From positions 654,869 through 718,868 of the forward strand of contig CAWIQX010000014.1 of NCBI GenBank assembly GCA_963838395.1: a DNA stretch of 64,000 bases. The letters run 5' to 3'. Source of the stretch: an uncultured Actinomycetes bacterium (lineage in GTDB: Bacteria > Actinomycetota > Thermoleophilia > Gaiellales > Gaiellaceae). A program made the position numbers and the translations under genes. The notes under the pieces are model-generated. The model had not been told where the DNA came from. It ran no database searches and worked only from the letters and a program-made list of their open reading frames with translations. Of this stretch, positions 55,971 to 64,000 are shown piece after piece; position 1 is the first letter of the stretch; each line of letters opens with the position of its first letter.

Positions 55971-56887
55971 TACGCGACCGCGCCGCGGCCCGTCTCGGCA
56001 GCATGCCGCTGCTCGTCTGCGCGATAGGACGAGCGAACGAGCGGCCCGGAGAACACCGAACCGAAGCCCAGCGCCTCACCCTGCTCGCGGAACCAGCGGA
56101 ACTCGTCCGGGTGCACCCAGCGATCGATCTCGGCGTGCTTCGGCGAGGGCTGCAGGTACTGGCCGATCGTGACGACGTCGACGCCGTGCGCGCGCAGGTC
56201 GCGCATCGTCTCGACGACCTCGTCGTTCGTCTCACCGAGCCCGACGATGATTCCGGACTTCGTGAGCACCCGAAAGTCGGCGATCTGCTTGACGCGCTGA
56301 AGCAGCCACAGCGCCTTGTCGTAGCTCGCCTTCGCCCCTCGCATGCGCGCGTGGAGACGGCGAACGGTCTCGATGTTGTGTCCGAAAACGTCGGGCCGTG
56401 CTTCGAGAACCGTCGCCAGCGCATCTTCCTCGACCCCGAGGAAGTCGGGCGTCAGGATCTCCACTGTCGCGCCGGGCAGCTTCCGCTGGAGCGCGCGGAT
56501 CGTCGCCGCGTAGTGGGCCGCGCCGCGATCGGGAACGTCGTCGCGGTCGACCGACGTCACGACGACGTGTGAGAGCCCCATCTGCTGCGCCGCCTGCGCG
56601 AGCCGGAGCGGCTCGAGCGGGTCCGGAGGCTCGTCGGGCTTGCCGGAGTGGACGTAGCAGTAGCGGCAGGCGCGCGTGCAGGTGTCGCCCAGGATCTGGA
56701 ACGTTGCCGTCCCGCGGCCCCAGCACTCGCCGATGTTCGGGCAGCGAGCTTCCTCGCAGATGGTCACGAGCTGGCCCTCGCGCATGAGCCCCTTCACCTC
56801 GTGGTAGCGCGAGTTGGCGCTCGGCGCGCGCACCTTCATCCACTCGGGCCGACGCGGGCGCTCTGCCACAGGCAACGACTTCTGCAT
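55967..56887 (-). CDS. lipA: Lipoyl synthase
   Basis: 306 aa from MQKSLPVAERPRRPEWMKVR. Auxiliary cluster CEEARCPNIGEC. Radical-SAM CTRACRYCYV. It is the real part of ORF 55967..57235. Confidence 0.93.
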   Translation of the reverse strand: MQKSLPVAERPRRPEWMKVRAPSANSRYHEVKGLMREGQLVTICEEARCPNIGECWGRGTATFQILGDTCTRACRYCYVHSGKPDEPPDPLEPLRLAQAAQQMGLSHVVVTSVDRDDVPDRGAAHYAATIRALQRKLPGATVEILTPDFLGVEEDALATVLEARPDVFGHNIETVRRLHARMRGAKASYDKALWLLQRVKQIADFRVLTKSGIIVGLGETNDEVVETMRDLRAHGVDVVTIGQYLQPSPKHAEIDRWVHPDEFRWFREQGEALGFGSVFSGPLVRSSYRADEQRHAAETGRGAVAY

Positions 56888-56896
56888 GGCCCTGAC

Positions 56897-56903
56897 TAGT
56901 CTA
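56897..56903. promoter_or_regulatory. Overlapping face-to-face -10-like hexamers (TAGTCT plus strand, TAGACT minus strand) in the 22-nt lipA/cupin spacer
   Basis: TAGTCT ends 7 nt before the cupin GTG (56910). TAGACT ends 10 nt before the lipA ATG (56887). Neither gene has an SD. Confidence 0.3.
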
Positions 56904-56909
56904 GAGACG

Positions 56910-57439
56910 GTGGTACCCGAGGCCCGCTCGAGAACGCCGAGAACGAGCTCGCGCCGGCCGGCGAGGGCTGGTTCGTCCTGAACACGCGCGATGCCCGCTG
57001 GTTCGAGTCCGAGCTCGGTTTCTACGTCCAATTCGAGAGCGAGAACGCGCGTTTCGACCAGGTCGGCATCGGTCTCGGCATCCTTCGCCCGGGCCAGCCC
57101 GGCGCGATGTACCACGGCGAGGACGCGCAGGAGGACTTCCTCGTGCTCTCCGGTGAGTGCCTGCTCCTGATCGCAGGAGAGGAACGGCGCCTGAAAGCTT
57201 GGGACTTCGTCCATTGCCCGAACTGGACCGAGCACATCTTCGTCGGCGCGGGCGACGGGCCATGTCTCGTGCTCGGCGTGGGTGCTCGCAGGAAGGGACG
57301 CGGGGTTCGTTACCCCGTGAATGCGCTGGCGCTGAAGTACGACGCGGGTGTCGAGACCGAGACCTCCGATCCGAAGGAGGCCTACGCGCGGTTCGGCGAG
57401 GACAAGCCGATCGCCTGTCCTCCCGAGTTTCCGGGCTAG
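56910..57439 (+). CDS. Cupin-domain protein (one frame disruption near 56928)
   Basis: The cupin core GWFVLNTRDARWFESELGFYVQFE...PGQPGAMYHGEDAQEDFLVLSGECLLLIAGEERRLKAWDFVHCP starts well upstream of the listed ATG (57107) with no in-frame start. The GTG at 56910 is reachable with a 1-nt correction. Confidence 0.7.
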
Positions 57440-57915
57440 CCGAGACGGGCGACGAGCTCGCGCTCGCCCCCGCGCCAGCGCACCTGCAGGGACTGGGCGA
57501 CGCGGCCGAGGAGCGAGACGGCTCTCTCGTTGTCGCCGCAGACCGTGGCCAGGAGCTCCGTAATCCCCGCTGCCCGCGCGTCGGCCGCGAGCTCGCGCGT
57601 CAGGATCGTCCCGATGCCTCGACCCTGGTAGGAGTCCGCGACCGCGAACGCAACCTCCGCTGTCCTCCCGTCACGGACCAGCCGAGCGATTCCGACCGGC
57701 TCCGGGTCGCCGCCGAGGTAGCCCACGAGCACGTGGTGCTCGGCGTCGACCCGCGCGAGGACCCGGAGGTCATGCGTCGACAGGCGCGGCTTCGCGCCAC
57801 AGAAACGGCGCTCGCGTGAGCGAGGCCCGAGCCGCTCGAACAGCGCCGAGACGGTCTGAGTATCGCCGTTTCGCAGGAGCCTGATCGTGAGGCCGTCGAT
57901 ATGGCGTGTCTGCAT
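57436..57915 (-). CDS. GNAT-family N-acetyltransferase
   Basis: 159 aa from MQTRHIDGLTIRLL. Acetyl-CoA site VADSYQGRGIGTILTRELAADA. Confidence 0.75.
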   Translation of the reverse strand: MQTRHIDGLTIRLLRNGDTQTVSALFERLGPRSRERRFCGAKPRLSTHDLRVLARVDAEHHVLVGYLGGDPEPVGIARLVRDGRTAEVAFAVADSYQGRGIGTILTRELAADARAAGITELLATVCGDNERAVSLLGRVAQSLQVRWRGGERELVARLG

Positions 57916-57971
57916 GGTTTCAGCATGAACGTCGGGATGGCCTGTTTGCTTCCCTGCAGCGGGCCATCTTG

Positions 57972-58000
57972 TTGACATGGCCCGTTCCGGCCATCAGACT
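57972..58000 (+). promoter_or_regulatory. Putative promoter TTGACA-17 nt-CAGACT for the hydrolase-LuxR gene
   Basis: Perfect -35 hexamer at 57972-57977, a 17-nt spacer, and a -10-like CAGACT ending 8 nt before the ATG at 58009. No SD. Confidence 0.35.
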
Positions 58001-58008
58001 GACGGGCC

Positions 58009-59028
58009 ATGGAGCAGGACATCCGCTTCTGCGAGCTCGAGGGGCAGCGGATTGCGTACGCCACGGTCGGCGAGGGGCCACTGCTCCTGTTCGGCGGACG
58101 TTGGGTGACGCACCTCGAGGAGGAGTGGGGCACTCCGGGCGTGCGCGCGTTCTTCGAAGAGCTTGCCCTTCGGCACCGCGTCGTTCGGTACGACCGGATC
58201 GGTGCGGGGCTCTCGGATCGCGCGCTTGTCGGGCCGCCGACGCCCGATTCAGAGCTCGAGACCCTGGCTGCGGTGCATGCCGCGTGCGGCGGCGAGCCGG
58301 CGACGATCTTCGCCTGCTCCTGTGCGGGTCTGGCGACGACGGCATATGCAAGCGCGTTCCCGGAGCGCGTACGCAAGATCGTGTTCTTCGGCGGCTACGT
58401 CTCGCGTGCCGACATCCCCGAGGCAACTCGCCGCTCGCTCGTCGACTTCGTCCGGACGAACTGGCCGCTCGCCGCCCAGATGCTGGCGGGGCTCTTCCTC
58501 CCTCACGGCAGCGGAGACGAGATCGAGGCCTCGAGCCGCTATCAGCGCCACTCGGCCGACGCGGAGGTCGCCGCCGCGTTTCTCGATCTTGATTTGAGGT
58601 CCGATGTCCGCTCGTTCCTGTCCAAGGTGACGATGCCGGCGCTGGTGCTGCATCGTCGCGGAGACCGCACCGTTCCGATCAGCCGCGGACGTGAGCTCGC
58701 CGCGCTCTTGCCGAACGCCCGCTTCGTCACGCTGAGCGGCGATTCCCATCTGCCCTGGGCGGACGATCAGCGCGAGGTGCAGCGGGCGCTCGCCGGGTTC
58801 CTCGACGACGTCGTTCGCGCCGAGTCGAACGGCGACTCGCCACTGAGCAGCCGCGAGACGGAGGTGCTCAGGCTCGTCGCCGCCGGGCTTTCCAACCGGG
58901 AGATCGCCTCGTCGCTCGTTCTCAGCGAGCACACCGTGCATCGCCACGTTGCGAACATCCTCCGCAAGCTGACCCAGTCCTCGCGGGCTGCGGCTGCCGC
59001 GCACGCGACGCGGGCCGGTCTGATCTGA
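58009..59028 (+). CDS. One-component regulator: alpha/beta-hydrolase-fold domain fused to a LuxR-type HTH
   Basis: 339 aa. Nucleophile elbow FACSCAG, Asp in HRRGDRTVP, His in SGDSHLPW. C-terminal LSSRETEVLRLVAAGLSNREIASSLVLSEHTVHRHVANILRKL. Confidence 0.8.
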   Translation: MEQDIRFCELEGQRIAYATVGEGPLLLFGGRWVTHLEEEWGTPGVRAFFEELALRHRVVRYDRIGAGLSDRALVGPPTPDSELETLAAVHAACGGEPATIFACSCAGLATTAYASAFPERVRKIVFFGGYVSRADIPEATRRSLVDFVRTNWPLAAQMLAGLFLPHGSGDEIEASSRYQRHSADAEVAAAFLDLDLRSDVRSFLSKVTMPALVLHRRGDRTVPISRGRELAALLPNARFVTLSGDSHLPWADDQREVQRALAGFLDDVVRAESNGDSPLSSRETEVLRLVAAGLSNREIASSLVLSEHTVHRHVANILRKLTQSSRAAAAAHATRAGLI

Positions 59029-59063
59029 GGGTCGGAGGCCGCGTCCCGTAACAGGCGGTTACG

Positions 59064-59786
59064 TCATCGGGTCGCGAGCGAGGCGTGGATCGGCTGCGAC
59101 CAGAGGCCGGGGCCCTCGTCGGCCGGGAGCTCGTCGAGCTCGAGCCCGAAGACCTCCGCAAGCGCGGCGATCGCCGCCGGGCGGACTTCCTCCACCGTGA
59201 TCGAACTCTCGAGCTCACGCGCCATCGTGGTGAACGCCGCGTCCTCGAGCCCGCAGGCGGTGATCCACTCGGTGAACGGGGCGGGATCGAGGTCGACGTT
59301 CAGCGCGTAGCCATGGGTCGTCACCCAGCGGGAGACGTGGACACCGATCGACGCGATCTTCCGCGGGCCCTGTCCGCCGGCAGGCGGCATCCAGACCCCG
59401 GTGAGCCCCTCGATCCTCGTTCCGTCGAGGTCGAACGCGTTCAGCGTGCGGATCAACGCCTCTTCCAGATTCCGGACGTAGAGCTTGACGTCCTTGCCGT
59501 GCCTCGTCAGATCGAGAATCGGATAGCAGACGAGCTGGCCGGGCCCGTGATAGGTGGACTTTCCTCCACGGTCGGTCTCGACGATCTCGATTTCGGCTCT
59601 TTCGGGGATGTGCAGCTCCCCGGTTTCGGTTCGCCGTCCGATCGTGACCACGGGTGGATGTTCGAGAAAGATCACGGTCTCCGGGATCGCGCCCTGGGTC
59701 ACGGCGCCCGCCAGCGAGCGCTGCAATTCCAATGCCTCGTCGTACGGCACGAGGCCGAGCTCCATGCGGTACGCGCCGTGACTCAC
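59064..59786 (-). CDS. lipB: Lipoyl(octanoyl) transferase
   Basis: DRGGKSTYHGPGQLVCYPILDL and RKIASIGVHVSRWVTTHG. The GTG at 59784-59786 overlaps the upstream stop (GTGA). Alternative ATG at 59765. Confidence 0.88.
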   Translation of the reverse strand: MSHGAYRMELGLVPYDEALELQRSLAGAVTQGAIPETVIFLEHPPVVTIGRRTETGELHIPERAEIEIVETDRGGKSTYHGPGQLVCYPILDLTRHGKDVKLYVRNLEEALIRTLNAFDLDGTRIEGLTGVWMPPAGGQGPRKIASIGVHVSRWVTTHGYALNVDLDPAPFTEWITACGLEDAAFTTMARELESSITVEEVRPAAIAALAEVFGLELDELPADEGPGLWSQPIHASLATR

Positions 59787-60199
59787 TGTCGCTGCTGGAA
59801 CATCCAGCGGTGGCCCTCGAGGTCCTCCGCGGTGTAGAGCCGACCGTCCGGGCCATCCTCCGGGGGCCTGATCACGTTCGCGCCCGTCTCGACCGCTCGG
59901 GCGTGATGAGCTTCGAGGTCGTCCACTTCGACGAGGAGGCCGTCGATCACCCACGGGTTGTCGAGCCAACGCGCCGCGGCAGCGCAGTGCTCGCGGTGCT
60001 TCTTCGGGCTCTGGTACTCCCGGTTGGGAGTCGCGAGCATGATCACCTCGCCGTCGATCTCGATCTCGGCATGGCCGATCGTCCCGTCCTCCATCTCGTA
60101 CCGCTGTCCGCGCTCCGTGAAGCCGAATGCCTCCGTGAGCCAGTCGATCGCAGCCGCTGTGTCCTCATACGCGACCATCGGGAAGATCCGCTGCGTCAC
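59783..60199 (-). CDS. VOC/glyoxalase-fold protein (PhnB-like)
   Basis: 138 aa from the GTG at 60199, which overlaps the GFA stop. Motif AAAIDWLTEAFGFTERGQRYEMEDGTIGHAEIEIDGEVIMLA. Confidence 0.75.
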   Translation of the reverse strand: MTQRIFPMVAYEDTAAAIDWLTEAFGFTERGQRYEMEDGTIGHAEIEIDGEVIMLATPNREYQSPKKHREHCAAAARWLDNPWVIDGLLVEVDDLEAHHARAVETGANVIRPPEDGPDGRLYTAEDLEGHRWMFQQRQ

Positions 60200-60602
60200 G
60201 GTGCCCGCACGTCGAACCGCTCGGCGCCGTCGTCGGGCAGTACCTCCCATGGCGCGAGGGAGCGGACAAAGATGTGCGACTCGATCTTCCCCTCGTACGG
60301 CTTCTCGAGCCCGGGCAGCCGAACGCTTGTGAACTCCGACGTCGGCCAGCCGGCGCCGAACAGGTTCGACCCGCACTCTGAGCAGAAGGTCTTTGCCGAT
60401 CCCTCGTCGGGCTGAAAGGTCTTCACCAGGTCCTCGCCGGCGAGAAGCCGGATGGCCTCGGTGCGAACACGACCGTTCGCGGTTCCGCCTCCGCCGGAGA
60501 GCTTCTTACATGTCTCGCAGTGGCAGGCGGCAACTCGCTCGAACGGCTCGGTCACCTCGAACCGCACGCCTTCGCAGAGGCACGCGCCCAGCAAGCTCGC
60601 CA

Positions 60603-60603
<1 letters not shown>
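60196..60603 (-). CDS. GFA/CENP-V-family zinc-binding protein (glutathione-dependent formaldehyde-activating enzyme family)
   Basis: 135 aa from MASLLGACLCEGVRF...AACHCETCKKLSGG...FCSECGSNLF. The ATG overlaps the E2 stop (TAATG). Confidence 0.8.
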
Positions 60604-62138
<1,535 letters not shown>

Positions 62139-62156
62139 GTCTCCTCCTCGTTGGCC

Positions 62157-63131
62157 CTAGTAGGCAGCGAGCTCCTGGAGCGACTTCACGACGTCCTCGA
62201 CCTGGGGAAGGAACGCCTTCTCGAGCGCGGGCGAGAACGGGACCGGGGTGTCGGGTGCGGTGACGCGCAGCACGGGGGCGTCGAGGTCCTCGAAGGCCTC
62301 CTCGGCGATCGTCGCGGCGATCTCGCCGCCGAAGCCTCCGGTGCGCGTGTCTTCGTGCAGGACGAGCACCTTCGAGCAGCGCCGAACGCTCTCGAGCACC
62401 CGCGTCTTGTCCCAGGGCACGAGCGTCCGCAGGTCCAGGACCTCGACCTCGAAGCCCTCGCCGGACAGCTGGTCGGCGGCGTCGGACGCGGTGTGCACCA
62501 TCGCGCCCCAGGTCACGACGACGGCGTCGTCGCCTTCGCGATGCACGCGCGCCTGGCCGAAGGGAATCGTGTAGCGCTCCTCCGGCACCTCGCCCTTGAT
62601 CCGGCGGTAGAGATGCTTGTGCTCGAAGTAGAGAACGGGGTTCGGATCCTCGATCGACGTCGCGAGCAGGCCCTTGGCGTCGTGGGGCGTCGACGGGCAC
62701 ACGATCTTGAGACCGGGGATGTGCGCGAACGAGCTCTCCGGGTTCTGGGAATGGAACGGCCCACCCGAGAAGCCGCCGCCCGAAGGCAGGCGGACGACGA
62801 TCGGCACCGGCGTACGGCCGCGGAAGAACTGCTTCGCGGCGACCGTGACGAGGTGGTCCCAGGCGCAGGAGATGAAGTCGGCGAACTGCATCTCGGCAAC
62901 CGGACGAAGCCCCATCAGCGCGGCACCGGTGGCGCCGCCGACGATCGCCGTCTCGGAGAGCGGTGTATCGAGGACCCGCCACGGGCCGAACTCCTCCTGG
63001 AAGCCGAGCGTCACCTTGAACGCGCCTCCGTAGACACCGACGTCCTCGCCGAGCACGAACACGCGCTGGTCGCGTCGCATCTCCTGACGCAGCCCCTCCG
63101 AGATCGCCTGGATGTAGGTGAGCTCCGGCAT
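62157..63131 (-). CDS. 2-oxoacid dehydrogenase E1 component, beta subunit
   Basis: Intact 324 aa. Motifs VFVLGEDVGVYGGAFKVT, AEMQFADFISCAWDHL, FHSQNPESSFAHIPGLKIV. Confidence 0.9.
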   Translation of the reverse strand: MPELTYIQAISEGLRQEMRRDQRVFVLGEDVGVYGGAFKVTLGFQEEFGPWRVLDTPLSETAIVGGATGAALMGLRPVAEMQFADFISCAWDHLVTVAAKQFFRGRTPVPIVVRLPSGGGFSGGPFHSQNPESSFAHIPGLKIVCPSTPHDAKGLLATSIEDPNPVLYFEHKHLYRRIKGEVPEERYTIPFGQARVHREGDDAVVVTWGAMVHTASDAADQLSGEGFEVEVLDLRTLVPWDKTRVLESVRRCSKVLVLHEDTRTGGFGGEIAATIAEEAFEDLDAPVLRVTAPDTPVPFSPALEKAFLPQVEDVVKSLQELAAY

Positions 63132-64000
63132 CTACTTGTGGTGGGGAGTGTCGAGGTCCTCGGCAGACGCGTACACGCCCGCTTCGAGACCGGAAGGATC
63201 GGGGAGCGGAGACTCCTCCGCGCGCTCGAGCGCGTCGTTCAGGAGGCGCTTCACGACGGACGTGATCTGATCCTCCTCGTCGTCGGTCAGGTCCGCGTTC
63301 GACCGGAGCCAGGTGCGGAAGCGCTCGACGGGATCCTGCACGGCCCACTGCTCGAACATCTCCTTCGGCACGTAGAACGCGTCGTCGTGCACCGCATGAC
63401 CTTCCATGCGCAGCGTCAGGCATTCGATCAGGGTCGGTCCGCCGCCCTGGCGCGCCTTCTCGATTGCCGCCTTCGCCTCTCGGTACACGGCCAGGACGTC
63501 GGTGCCGTCGACGACGACGCCGTCGAAGCCGTACGCGGCCGCGCGGTCGGCGATGTGCTCGATCGGGTAGCCGAGGTACGTCGGAGTGGAGTACGCCCAC
63601 TGGTTGTTGTCGCAGATGAACACCACGGGCAGCTGCCGCACACCTGCCATGTTCATGCCCTCGTGCGCGTCTCCGCGCGCGGCCGCGCCCTCGCCGAACC
63701 ACCCGAGTGCGACGCGGCGATCGCCGCGAATCTTGAACGCCAGCGCCATTCCGACGGCGACGGGCAGCATCGCGGGGAGATGGCTGACCATCGGGTGGAG
63801 TCCGAGCTCGGGCACGGCCATGTGCACGTTTCCGTCGCGTCCACGCGTCGGTCCGCCTTCGCGGCCCATGTACTGCGCGAGGATGCGCCAGGGCTCGACT
63901 CCGCGCGTGATGTGTACGCCCATGTCGCGGTGCAACGGAGTCCCGACGTCGTTCGGGCCCATCGCCGTGGCGACGCCCACGGCCGCGGCCTCGTTCCCGC
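63132..64000 (-). CDS. 2-oxoacid dehydrogenase E1 component, alpha subunit (TPP-binding); N-terminus beyond the window
   Basis: GWFGEGAAARGDAHEGMNMAG..PVVFICDNNQWAYSTP (TPP motif region). The stop abuts the E1-beta ATG. The ORF is still open at 64000. Confidence 0.9.
   Translation of the reverse strand, partial: GNEAAAVGVATAMGPNDVGTPLHRDMGVHITRGVEPWRILAQYMGREGGPTRGRDGNVHMAVPELGLHPMVSHLPAMLPVAVGMALAFKIRGDRRVALGWFGEGAAARGDAHEGMNMAGVRQLPVVFICDNNQWAYSTPTYLGYPIEHIADRAAAYGFDGVVVDGTDVLAVYREAKAAIEKARQGGGPTLIECLTLRMEGHAVHDDAFYVPKEMFEQWAVQDPVERFRTWLRSNADLTDDEEDQITSVVKRLLNDALERAEESPLPDPSGLEAGVYASAEDLDTPHHK

Noticed and set aside
56895-56906. Adjacent SpeI and XbaI sites (ACTAGTCTAGA) resembling a cloning scar
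   Set aside because: There is no vector-like sequence and no other engineered junction, and the flanking genes are native and syntenic in logic. The element is better explained as overlapping -10 boxes in a divergent spacer.
57000-57010. tRNA T-loop-like GGTTCGAGTCC (also at 40271..40281)
   Set aside because: The flanking bases do not form a T-stem, and no acceptor or anticodon arms can be drawn. Both copies lie inside coding sequence and simply encode ..RWFES..

Overview
High-GC actinobacterial-type chromosomal segment. Taxon and all functional calls come from motif recognition by eye; no database search was possible. I recognised no rRNA, tRNA, CRISPR array, transposase, integrase or phage structural gene. 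Left to right: (1) a class III cyclase-STAND-TPR gene with many frame breaks, running off the left edge. (2) A complete 14-gene complex I operon nuoA-N on the minus strand (1813-15786), with a divergent A-type Fe-S carrier gene. (3) Multicopper oxidase, FprA-type ferredoxin reductase, aspartase-like lyase, secreted trypsin-like protease, a holin-like/phosphodiesterase fusion, and a coupled pepD-unknown-dcuA operon. (4) A stretch rich in transporters and small membrane proteins: MFS, ThrE, a PLD-type enzyme operon, a cluster of SHOCT/PLDc_N/NfeD-like small proteins, NhaP-type antiporter, an orphan HerA-like ATPase, ZIP, and two AI-2E permeases. (5) FGE plus two Cys-type sulfatases and a HAD hydrolase. 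(6) ClC and KcsA-like channels. (7) A lipoate block: lipA, then E1alpha-E1beta-E2-GFA-VOC-lipB, translationally coupled, with E1alpha running off the right edge. Two window-wide signals stand out. About 30 single-base frame disruptions interrupt otherwise well-conserved genes, unevenly distributed, so most are probably assembly indels. A TAGNNT-type hexamer recurs 5-10 nt upstream of start codons that lack a Shine-Dalgarno, suggesting leaderless mRNAs and helping to fix start sites. There is no clear-cut novel system. The best candidates for undescribed biology are the SHOCT/PLDc_N/NfeD small-protein cluster (34.7-37.4 kb), the adjacent PLD-microprotein-Ntn amidotransferase operon, the GFA and VOC genes wedged between E2 and lipB, the partner-less HerA-like ATPase, and a pair of paralogous exported acidic two-Cys proteins.
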